A DNA stretch of 32,000 bases from Lyngbya sp. PCC 8106 (lineage in GTDB: Bacteria; Cyanobacteriota; Cyanobacteriia; Cyanobacteriales; Microcoleaceae), in the NCBI RefSeq assembly GCF_000169095.1, contig NZ_AAVU01000009.1, positions 38,559 to 70,558 of the forward strand, written 5' to 3'. Below are positions 1-7,876 of the stretch, in pieces. Below the pieces are notes generated by a model, which was given only the letters and a program-made list of their open reading frames with translations, made no database searches and was not told the DNA's origin. Position numbers and translations under genes: made by a program. Numbering within the stretch: the first letter of the stretch is position 1; every line of letters starts with the position of its first letter.

Positions 1-104
1 CAATTCCGCCAGTTCCGCTTTCTGTATTTAATTGCACAAGATTCTATTGTCGGGGAATTTTTTAGTTTTGTCAACCCTCCTTCCAGAAGAATTTCACCAA
101 CTCC

Positions 105-1529
105 TTAAGGCAGAGGTATGAAGTCATAACCAACCCCTGAACGATTTCCCGGTTGAATCTCCACCAATTGTACAGCTTGATTGCGATCGCCAGAGGGTAA
201 AAACTTAATAACACTCGTTGCTCCCTCAGCCGAAAAATTAGACTCGGAAAGCACCTGTTGAACTCCGCTTCGGGAAGGTTGCTCTTGGATACCTGCAATT
301 AACGCTTGTGTCGCATCATAAGCCATTGTAGTTCGCCAGTTAATATCCCCTCTCCAAAGTTCATATGCTTCTTGTGTAAATCGAGAATCGAGATAGGCGA
401 GAATATGCCAAGGAACCGCAACCACGACTCCTTCACTATCGCCCCCAACTTTCAAGGTGTCAACTGCATAAAAATCATCTCCCGCTAAAATTGGTAGCTG
501 TTTGCGGTTGACTCGCACAACTTGTAACGCTTTTTCCACGGTAGAAGAATCGGGAAAGAGTACAATAACTTCTACTCCCTGCTGAAAAGCTGCATCCAGA
601 CTTTTGAACGCATTAAAGTGAGAATAAGATAGGTCAAACACATCCACAACTTCTCCGCCATCGCCATAAAGAGCCGTGATAAATTCATCTTTGAGCGACT
701 GACTGTAGGCGCTCTGGCTATTATAAAAAATAACCGCTTTTTGTTGGTAGAGTTCCCCGATCATATATTTGACGAGTTGATTGGCGGCAAAGCGATCGCT
801 CGGTACGGTACGAAATATATAATCTCCCGCAGTTGAGAGTTTAACCGAGGTACTGATCGGCGAAATTGCTACTAAATTTCCCCCTTCATAAATCGGTGCG
901 GCTGCCAAGGAAACACCGCTGGAATAGTGACCCACCACGCCTAAAATCTCATTATTCTTTACCAAAGTTTCGGCGACTTTTTGGGCGATTTCGGAGTTAT
1001 TTTTATCATCTGCAATCACAACTTTTAGAGGAATTCCCGCGATTCCACCCGCCCGATTAATTTCATTTTGGGCTTGGGCTACTCCCCGTAACATTGCTTC
1101 CCCAGTTCCCAAAGACTTGGGGTCTCCTATCGGAACGGTTACCGCAATGCTGTAGGCTTTTTTGTTTCCAATGCGGGCGTTATTGAGATAAATTAATGCT
1201 TCGGGATCATTAGGATTTGTTTGCAGTGAAGCCTCAAAATTCCTAACAGCTTCTTGATAATTTCCAGATGCTAAAGCGGTTAACCCGGCTTGTTTTTCGG
1301 GAATGCTAGGTTTAGGAATTAAACTCTTTTCTCCCTGACTGATTAAATTCTCAAGTGAGGGAATAGCCGTAGAAGCTGGAGAGGAAGATGAACCTTCAAC
1401 AGCAGTTGGAGAAAGATTGATATTGTTTGAACGAGTAAAAAACCAATACCCCACTCCGAGTACACTTCCGGTAATTAACAAGGCTAAGGCGAGAGTCGTT
1501 AGTTCTTTTTGATTGGAGATTTTAGACAT
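105..1529 (-). CDS. Membrane-anchored type-1 periplasmic solute-binding protein (Leu/Ile/Val-binding, Peripla_BP_6-like) with a TPR-like segment
   Basis: 474-aa ORF. It has an N-terminal TM anchor (LTTLALALLITGSVLGVGYWFF), a Ser-rich linker and a TPR-like segment (GNYQEAVRNFEASLQTNPNDPEALIYLNNARI). The PBP1 core follows (YSIAVTVPIG, GIPLKVVIADDKNN, LGVVGHYSSGVS, AISPISTS, FRTVPSD). It lies on the same strand as, and downstream of, the Ser/Thr kinase. Confidence 0.8.
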   Translation of the reverse strand: MSKISNQKELTTLALALLITGSVLGVGYWFFTRSNNINLSPTAVEGSSSSPASTAIPSLENLISQGEKSLIPKPSIPEKQAGLTALASGNYQEAVRNFEASLQTNPNDPEALIYLNNARIGNKKAYSIAVTVPIGDPKSLGTGEAMLRGVAQAQNEINRAGGIAGIPLKVVIADDKNNSEIAQKVAETLVKNNEILGVVGHYSSGVSLAAAPIYEGGNLVAISPISTSVKLSTAGDYIFRTVPSDRFAANQLVKYMIGELYQQKAVIFYNSQSAYSQSLKDEFITALYGDGGEVVDVFDLSYSHFNAFKSLDAAFQQGVEVIVLFPDSSTVEKALQVVRVNRKQLPILAGDDFYAVDTLKVGGDSEGVVVAVPWHILAYLDSRFTQEAYELWRGDINWRTTMAYDATQALIAGIQEQPSRSGVQQVLSESNFSAEGATSVIKFLPSGDRNQAVQLVEIQPGNRSGVGYDFIPLP

Positions 1530-1656
1530 AAGCCGAAAACTATAACGACAAATTTTAACTGTCTAATTCGAGTATATCCTATTTTTTAAATTAAATCCTG
1601 TTTTTGTCAAATTAAAAGTCAACTTGCATAAGCTTATACCATCGCGAACTATATGT

Positions 1657-1767
1657 TTAAATGGAGAATAAAATTAATCCTTCACAACAGTATAGACCTA
1701 CTCCAAGCCCTCCCAGAGTAATCATTAATGCCAAAACTAAAATCGTGGTTTCGTTTTTCTGAGACAT
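1657..1767 (-). CDS. Candidate 36-codon single-TM micro-ORF between the kinase and the binding protein
   Basis: My own translation of the minus strand gives ATG(1767)-MSQKNETTILVLALMITLGGLGVGLYCCEGLILFSI-TAA(1657). It has one hydrophobic helix, is below the ORF-track cutoff, and has no clear SD sequence. Confidence 0.25.
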   Translation of the reverse strand: MSQKNETTILVLALMITLGGLGVGLYCCEGLILFSI

Positions 1768-1804
1768 AAGATTAAAACCAAAATTGAGTTTTTCCGAAAA
1801 TCGT

Positions 1805-3241
1805 TTACAAGAAGCGATAAAGAATTAAATAGATTAAACGAAATAAAGTAGTAATAGCAACACAACCCAAAGCACCTAAAATGGGAAAAATTATCACACC
1901 CGACAACGGAATACCTTGTCCGAATGTGGAAATAAAGATTACTATTGCTAGAGAAATTAAAGCTAAAATAATTTGTTCTTTTGTTTCGATCCAGCGGCGA
2001 TATTGAGCAAAAATCAATCCTCCGAACGTACCGCCAACAATTAAAGCCAAAAGCGGAAGTGAACCTCCCAATAAACCATTGACTGCAATCCGTAATAAAG
2101 CAATTTCAAAACCCGTAAATGCGGCTCCTTTTAACAAATTTATTGTCGAAAAAGAAGGCGAAGAAGTGGGGGGAGCGGGGGGAGCGGGAGAAGGAGAGGG
2201 AGCGGGGGACGGAATTTGAATTTGAGGTTGAACAGAAACCGATGAAATGGGTTGTGCTTTCGGCGTCGATAAAGGAACCTGTGGGGGTGAAGGGAGAGGA
2301 TTTAAAAGCTTAAGAACTTGTTCGGCTGAACCAAAGCGATCGCTCGGTCTAGACTGAAGCATTTTATCTAAAATATAAGCGAGGGAATCGGAAACTTGGG
2401 TTTTATCTTTCCAATTCCAGCGACCATTATGACTATCATAAAGTTCTTTAGGATATTTTCCCGTTAACAGCACAATACAGGTTACAGCTAAAGCATATAA
2501 GTCCGTCGAAGGGAAAACACTATGACCCTGCATTTGTTCAGGGGGAGCGAATCCCATCGAAAAAATTCCGGTCGATGTCCCCAATTTATTCGCCTGTTGA
2601 GTCACCTGTTTAACGGCACCAAAATCGAGTAAATAAAGACGACCTTTGCGATCGCGCATAATATTAGACGGTTTGATATCGCGATGAATCACATCTTCAT
2701 CGTGAACAAATTGGAGAACATTGAGGATTTCTTCTAAAACTTCTCGCACCCCGTCTTCAGAAAATTGACCTTGAGTGTCAAGTTCGGCTTCTAAATCTTG
2801 ACCGTCAATATAGTCTTGAACGATATAAAAAAATTGCTGAGTTTGTGAAGATTGCCAGCCGGAAGATTCTAGGGGAAAATAGGCGAGAAGATTGGGAATT
2901 TGCGGGTGTTGATTTCCCAAACGATCCAAAACAACGGCTTCTCGTTCAAAGAGTTGTAGCGCGAGTTCTAACTCAGAGGGACTCAGATCGTTAGCGGGTT
3001 GAAACAGTTTCACCACACATTTTCGCAAAGCTGGAGATCGGCGATCGCAAGCTAAAAAAGCCGCTCCAAACCCCCCTTGACCGAGTAAGCGTTCGGGTAG
3101 ATAACGACCATCTAAAATTAGAGGCATCCCACAAGTTGTACAATACTTTTGCTGTACTGTTTTGAGGATGGTCTTGTCATCGAGGTCAGCAAACAGATTT
3201 TCGGGACGGGGACACCCTGGACGAGTACAATGAATTTTCAT
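1805..3241 (-). CDS. Ser/Thr protein kinase (Hanks type) with an N-terminal 4-Cys zinc-ribbon prefix, a Pro-rich linker and a C-terminal multi-TM region
   Basis: 478 aa. The CxxC...CxxC prefix is CTRPGC...CTTCG. Kinase motifs are GQGGFGAAF (G-loop), VVKL (Lys), HRDIKPSNIM (catalytic loop), DFG and APPE. A PSPAPSPSPAPPAPP linker follows, then about 4 hydrophobic helices. No extracytoplasmic sensor domain is visible. Confidence 0.9.
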   Translation of the reverse strand: MKIHCTRPGCPRPENLFADLDDKTILKTVQQKYCTTCGMPLILDGRYLPERLLGQGGFGAAFLACDRRSPALRKCVVKLFQPANDLSPSELELALQLFEREAVVLDRLGNQHPQIPNLLAYFPLESSGWQSSQTQQFFYIVQDYIDGQDLEAELDTQGQFSEDGVREVLEEILNVLQFVHDEDVIHRDIKPSNIMRDRKGRLYLLDFGAVKQVTQQANKLGTSTGIFSMGFAPPEQMQGHSVFPSTDLYALAVTCIVLLTGKYPKELYDSHNGRWNWKDKTQVSDSLAYILDKMLQSRPSDRFGSAEQVLKLLNPLPSPPQVPLSTPKAQPISSVSVQPQIQIPSPAPSPSPAPPAPPTSSPSFSTINLLKGAAFTGFEIALLRIAVNGLLGGSLPLLALIVGGTFGGLIFAQYRRWIETKEQIILALISLAIVIFISTFGQGIPLSGVIIFPILGALGCVAITTLFRLIYLILYRFL

Positions 3242-3462
3242 AGAGATAATCAGTGGCTAGTCAAGCGTCACTCCTTGTCATTTGGTTGTTATTATTATCT
3301 CACCCTAACATCTACATTTTATGTCGATCTGAGCCAAAAAAGGGCAACTGTAGATTTAAAGTCTTGAATTTTCGGCTACTTTTCCGGGTTAATTTCTCAG
3401 CCATTTTAACAAAAATTTAACTTTATTTATGTTCTAAAAAATTTGAGGGAATGAATGGAGAC

Positions 3463-4425
3463 TTACTCAGTTGAAACAGGTTCTTCACGAGTTAAGTTCA
3501 GTTTTTGAGTTGAAAATCGAGGTAAGACATCTCGACTAAAAGCTTCTGCGGCTTTTGATTGATAGCGGTTAGGATTGACAATCACAGATAACATTCGTCG
3601 AACTGTTACCCCTTCTATTTTCGTTTGATGAAGCACACCCATTTGCAATTCCTTTTCAATCGCAGAAGTCGAGACAAACGCGGCTCCTAAACCCGCTTGA
3701 ACTGTATTTTTAATCGCTTCAATGGAGTTGAGTTCCATCTCAATTTGTAGACGACGAGGATCAATATTAGAGCGACTGAGAACTTGATCAATCACTTTGC
3801 GAATGGTAGATTGAGAATCGAGGGCGATAAACTGTAACTTATACAAGTCTTCTTTTTGAATACTGTCTTGTTTAGCAAAGCGATGAAAAACAGGTAAAAT
3901 CAAAGCCAATTCATCTTCAATATAAGGCTGAATGGTAATTGATTCATGGAGTTCTGGAGGAACCTCACCGCCAATAATTGCCAAATCAATTTGACCATTG
4001 GCAACACTCCAAGCCGTGCGTCGAGTGGAATGAACGTGTAACTGCACAGCGACATCAGGATATTTTTGCCGAAATAATCCAATCATTCTCGGGAGTAGAT
4101 AAGTCCCTGTTGTTTGAGACGCTCCCACAATCAGAGTACCCCCTTGTAAGTTTTGGAGATCTTCAATCGCGCGACAAGTTTCTTGACATAATGAGAGGAT
4201 TTTTTCACCATAACTCAAGAGGAGATGTCCGGCTTCCGTCAATTTTGCCCGACGCCCTCCGCGATCAAATAGAGGTACATTAAGCTGTCGTTCTAGGTTT
4301 TGAACTTGTAAACTGATAGCAGGTTGTGAAACATACAAACTATCAGCCGCCCGCTTAAAGCTCCCCTCAGCCGCGATCGCTTTGAGAATGCGTAATTGGT
4401 CTAAGGTGAACGGAACATCTGACAT
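3463..4425 (-). CDS. rbcR: LysR-family transcriptional regulator, Ycf30/RbcR-type (tandem paralog A)
   Basis: 320 aa. The N-terminal HTH sequence [43 protein letters not shown] is the hallmark of cyanobacterial/plastid Ycf30 (RbcR). A LysR substrate-binding domain follows. Which of the two copies is the true ortholog is unknown. Confidence 0.8.
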   Translation of the reverse strand: MSDVPFTLDQLRILKAIAAEGSFKRAADSLYVSQPAISLQVQNLERQLNVPLFDRGGRRAKLTEAGHLLLSYGEKILSLCQETCRAIEDLQNLQGGTLIVGASQTTGTYLLPRMIGLFRQKYPDVAVQLHVHSTRRTAWSVANGQIDLAIIGGEVPPELHESITIQPYIEDELALILPVFHRFAKQDSIQKEDLYKLQFIALDSQSTIRKVIDQVLSRSNIDPRRLQIEMELNSIEAIKNTVQAGLGAAFVSTSAIEKELQMGVLHQTKIEGVTVRRMLSVIVNPNRYQSKAAEAFSRDVLPRFSTQKLNLTREEPVSTE

Positions 4426-4601
4426 AGTTTTTTCTAGCTAATGGTTTAATATTCAATATTCAACAATACCCAAATTACTGATCCAACACAACGGCAAATC
4501 AAACCGGGTGAGTTTAGATTGAGAATGAAAAATTTCCCCCTTTCATGTCAACCACTTGTTAACTGTTGTGGATCGAATCAATAATTAGGATTGTGGAAAA
4601 C

Positions 4602-5624
4602 CTAGACTTTTTTTTCACTCAACTCCGACTGCACCCGAGAGGAATCGGGTAATACCTCTACCCCTTCAGAGGGTTGATAATCTAGGTCATATTTACCCAA
4701 ACCGGGTGTAGAAAACCGAGGTAAAATCTCTTTTGTAAAAGCTTCAGCCGCTTTCGATTGATAGCGATGGGGATTAGAAATCGCCGAGAGAATGCGAGTA
4801 ATGATCACCCGCTCAATCTTGAGAGTTTGCAACACCCCCATGCTTAATTCCTTTTCAATTGCTGAGGTGGAGACAAATGCGACACCCAAACCCGACTGAA
4901 CGGCATTTTTGATCGCTTCAATAGAGCTTAACTCCATCTCAATTTTCAGACGAGTCGTGTCAATACCCGCACGAGTTAGAACTTGATCAATAACGCGACG
5001 AATTGTAGACTGAGTATCCAAACTGATGAATTGGAGGTGATATAAATCTTCTTGGGCAATAATCTCCTGTTGGGCAAAAGGATGAGAAACCGGGACAATT
5101 AATGCCAATTCATCGCGAGCATAAGGCACAATTTCGAGAGATTGTGCAAGTTCAGCAGAAATTTCTCCACCGACAATGGCTAAATCAACTTGTCCATTGA
5201 CCACACTCCAAGCCGTGCGGCGAGTGGAATGAACGTGTAACTGCACCGCAACACTGGGATATTTTTGCCGAAATAATCCAATCATTCTCGGGAGTAGATA
5301 AGTCCCTGTAGTTTGAGATGCTCCGACAATGAGTGTACCCCCCTTCAGATTTTGTAAATCTTCAATGGCGAGGCAAGTTTCCTGACACAATGAGAGGACT
5401 TTCTCACCGTAACTGAGGAGGAGATAACCCGCTTCAGTCAGTTGAGCGCGACGTCCTGCCCGGTCAAACAACGGTACATCTAGCTGTCGTTCTAAGTTTT
5501 GGATTTGAAGACTGATGGCCGGTTGTGAGACATATAGGCTATCGGCCGCCCGCTTGAAGCTTCCTTCAGCCGCGATCGCTTTGAGAATGCGTAATTGGTC
5601 TAGAGTGAATGGCAGGTCAGACAT
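4602..5624 (-). CDS. rbcR: LysR-family transcriptional regulator, Ycf30/RbcR-type (tandem paralog B, with a 20-aa longer C-terminus)
   Basis: 340 aa and collinear with paralog A over almost its whole length. It has the same HTH sequence and is divergently oriented to the NnrU gene. Confidence 0.8.
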   Translation of the reverse strand: MSDLPFTLDQLRILKAIAAEGSFKRAADSLYVSQPAISLQIQNLERQLDVPLFDRAGRRAQLTEAGYLLLSYGEKVLSLCQETCLAIEDLQNLKGGTLIVGASQTTGTYLLPRMIGLFRQKYPSVAVQLHVHSTRRTAWSVVNGQVDLAIVGGEISAELAQSLEIVPYARDELALIVPVSHPFAQQEIIAQEDLYHLQFISLDTQSTIRRVIDQVLTRAGIDTTRLKIEMELSSIEAIKNAVQSGLGVAFVSTSAIEKELSMGVLQTLKIERVIITRILSAISNPHRYQSKAAEAFTKEILPRFSTPGLGKYDLDYQPSEGVEVLPDSSRVQSELSEKKV

Positions 5625-5711
5625 AAGACTTCACCTCAACAGGCCAGAGAAGCTTTAAGGGAAAATAGGAGGAGATCAAGTTCTTTCAGCATACTGCGGT
5701 TCGGATTTGTA

Positions 5712-6461
5712 TTGAAGTTAACTTTATTATCGACTGAAGAGGTGACAATCGTGGATCAATGGCTAACATCGAGCCATATTGTGATGTTGGGGTTGCTGTT
5801 TGGCTTTGCGATCGCTCATAGTGGTCTAGCAGCATTGCGCCCTTGGGGTGAACAAAAAATCGGCCCTCGACTTTATCGAATTGTATTTGCGCTGGTGAGT
5901 TTACCGTTGGCGGTGGTGTTGATTATTTATTTTTTCAATCACCGTTATGATGGAGTACAACTTTGGCAAGTTAAACAGTATCCTTTTGTTATACCCCTGG
6001 TGTGGGGATTATCGGCTGTCTCGTTTGTGTTTCTTTATCCGGCAACATTTAACCTGCTGGAAATCGCGGCAATTGAAAAGCCGCAAGTTCATCTCTACGA
6101 AACTGGGATCATTCGTATTACTCGTCATCCTCAGATGGTGGGACAGGTGATTTGGTGCATCGCTCACACGCTCTGGCTCGGTACAAGCTTCACGTTGGTG
6201 ACTTCGATCGGTTTGGTTGCTCATCACCTATTTGCGGTTTGGCACGGCGACAAGCGCATGAGAGCGCGTTATGGTGAAGCATTTGATGCCGTTCGGGATC
6301 GCACTTCTGTTATACCCTTTTTGGCAATTCTTCAGGGTCGTCAAACTTTACAGTGGCAGGAGTTTGTCCGCTGGTCTTATCTGGGTGTTGCTATTTTCAT
6401 CATTCTCTTGTGGCAAGCTCATCCATTGTTGATAGGTGCCACAAGTAACGTAGCCTGGTAG
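5712..6461 (+). CDS. NnrU-family integral membrane protein (Z-ISO-related family)
   Basis: Multi-TM ORF with FAIAHSGLAALR, RITRHPQMVGQVIWCIAHTLWLG and LFAVWHGDKR motifs typical of NnrU. The track start is TTG. The true start may be the GTG near 5751 or a later Met. Confidence 0.75.
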   Translation: MKLTLLSTEEVTIVDQWLTSSHIVMLGLLFGFAIAHSGLAALRPWGEQKIGPRLYRIVFALVSLPLAVVLIIYFFNHRYDGVQLWQVKQYPFVIPLVWGLSAVSFVFLYPATFNLLEIAAIEKPQVHLYETGIIRITRHPQMVGQVIWCIAHTLWLGTSFTLVTSIGLVAHHLFAVWHGDKRMRARYGEAFDAVRDRTSVIPFLAILQGRQTLQWQEFVRWSYLGVAIFIILLWQAHPLLIGATSNVAW

Positions 6462-6507
6462 CATGATCCCAGTGATATTAAACGTTCATTAATAAAAAAT
6501 TTCCAAG

Positions 6508-6894
6508 ATGATGCTGCTTTCAATTCGTGAGCAAAATTTTACAAAAGAGGTCTTGGGTGCCTCTACTCCAGTTCTTGTTCATTTCTGGGCGCCCTGGTGT
6601 GGGTTGTGTCGGCTGATTGTTCCTCAGTTACACCAATTTCAAGACAACTGGCAAGATCAGGTCAAAGTGGTTGGGGTGAATGCGGATCAAAGTCTTAAAT
6701 TGGCAAGCACCTACCGTCTTCAGACTTTACCCACGGTCATTTTATTCGATAATGGTCAAGAATTACATCGACTCGAACATTTTCATGGACGGGAAGATTT
6801 GCGACGGACTCTTGATGAGTTTATGCAAAATCACCAAAATCGATGTTCTTCTGTGTCTCTCTCAACCCATGAATATCTCTCTTTAGAAGCCTAG
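6508..6894 (+). CDS. Thioredoxin with an atypical WCGLC active site (TrxC-like)
   Basis: 128 aa with VLVHFWAPWCGLCR, then the TLPTVILF cis-Pro region. As I recall, WCGLC instead of WCGPC characterises the cyanobacterial TrxC group. Confidence 0.8.
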   Translation: MMLLSIREQNFTKEVLGASTPVLVHFWAPWCGLCRLIVPQLHQFQDNWQDQVKVVGVNADQSLKLASTYRLQTLPTVILFDNGQELHRLEHFHGREDLRRTLDEFMQNHQNRCSSVSLSTHEYLSLEA

Positions 6895-6905
6895 TTCCTT
6901 CAATA

Positions 6906-7010
6906 GGGAACAGGGAACAGGGAACAGGGAAAAGGCAAAAGGCAAAAGGCAAAAGGCAAAAGGGAAAAGGCAGTTATCAGTAACTTCTAAGTTCTGACTT
7001 CTGACTTTTC
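6906..7010. repeat. Three abutting heptamer tandem arrays (STRR-like): (GGGAACA)x3, (AAAAGGC)x6, (ACTTCTG)x4 degenerate
   Basis: Read directly: GGGAACA at 6906-6926, AAAAGGC units (one variant, AAAAGGG) at 6930-6971, and ACTTCTA/AGTTCTG/ACTTCTG/ACTTTTC at 6983-7010. The region is intergenic, after the thioredoxin stop. Confidence 0.9.
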
Positions 7011-7016
7011 CCAACT

Positions 7017-7079
7017 GCGGGGCGGGTTTAACTCAATCTTGGAGTGGTTGTCAAGATTGTAGGCTTAACCTGCCCCTAC
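7017..7079. repeat. Long imperfect nested palindrome between convergent genes (possible bidirectional terminator or REP-like hairpin)
   Basis: The outer arms GCGGGGCGGGTTTAAC (7017-7032) and GCTTAACCTGCCCCTAC (7063-7079) are imperfectly complementary. The inner arms CAATCTT (7034-7040) and AAGATTG (7053-7059) match perfectly. There is no clean T-tract. Confidence 0.3.
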
Positions 7080-7154
7080 ATGAAGCTTATTGATTAGTCG
7101 GATATCATATAACTTCTAAGGAGATGGGGAAATTCATAATTTATAATTCATTGA

Positions 7155-7412
7155 TCATGTTTTCTGATTGGATGATTTAAAGCGACCTTTCTCAAAGTCA
7201 CGTTTTTGTCTATGTTTTGTACTGCGTCCACTCACTCGTTTTCGCCACATCCTAAAACTAGAGGGTTTCATTTCTCGCCGCATTAACGCAATTACATCTT
7301 TTTCTTGCAAACCAAATTGGATCTCAATCGCATCAAAGGGAGTTCGATCTTCCCAAGCCATTTCGACAATGCGATCGATGGTTTCTACATCAAGATTAAT
7401 CTCTTTCTTCAT
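7155..7412 (-). CDS. TIGR03643/DUF2805-family small protein
   Basis: 85 aa. IDRIVEMAWEDRTPFDAIEIQFGLQEKDVIALMRREMKPSSFRMWRKRVSGRSTKH matches my memory of the DUF2805 consensus closely. Confidence 0.7.
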   Translation of the reverse strand: MKKEINLDVETIDRIVEMAWEDRTPFDAIEIQFGLQEKDVIALMRREMKPSSFRMWRKRVSGRSTKHRQKRDFEKGRFKSSNQKT

Positions 7413-7647
7413 TGAAGGTTTCTCCGGTTAACTTTATTCTGAGATTCTCCGATCTTACAACAGTTTGAAAAACCGTGCTTTTCACAAATTCACAGTTTCT
7501 CACGTTGGCGATCGCTTCATTGAGGAGATTCAAGCATCAAGGTTTTCTCTACATCTGGATTTTTTAAATATCTAGATCTCTAAAACAAAGAGTTATCATC
7601 ACAGCTTAATTGCTTTGGAAATTGAAATATTGTTTTGAAATCTAATA

Positions 7648-7805
7648 TATAGCACTACGCAAATTGGTTAGGACATTTCTAAATTCTGAAACCCTCTCAG
7701 GCGTGTGCATTCCTTGGCGGCTTACAAAGCCGCAGGGTCACACCGCTTTCATAGTCTGCTGTTCCCTGATCCGGTGTTCCCTATTCCCTAGCGCGCAGCG
7801 CTATA
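7648..7805. mobile_element. MITE-like element, copy 1: 13-bp terminal inverted repeats, degenerate GGGAACA array, and a nested ~50-bp hairpin insertion
   Basis: The ends are TATAGCACTACGC (7648-7660) and GCGCAGCGCTATA (7793-7805). The interior is the reverse complement of the 24526-24644 element (CAAATTGGTTAGGACATTTCTAAATTCTGAAACCCT ... CTTTCATAGTCTGCTGTTCCCTG). It also carries an extra block, CTCAGGCGTGTGCATTCCTTGGCGGCTTACAAAGCCGCAGGGTCACACCG. Confidence 0.7.
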
Positions 7806-7876
7806 CAATTGAAACTTTTGATCACAACTTGATCAAAATACAATCAGTTATTTATTCTGATGAACTGAAGGAACAA

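Noticed and set aside
5625-5711. LysR-type operator (T-N11-A / TTA-N7/8-TAA) in the rbcR-nnrU divergent spacer and in the 4426-4601 spacer
   Set aside because: I could not identify a convincing dyad by eye. AT-rich near-repeats such as TTAATATTCAATATTCAA (about 4457-4474) are not palindromic, so no site is reported.
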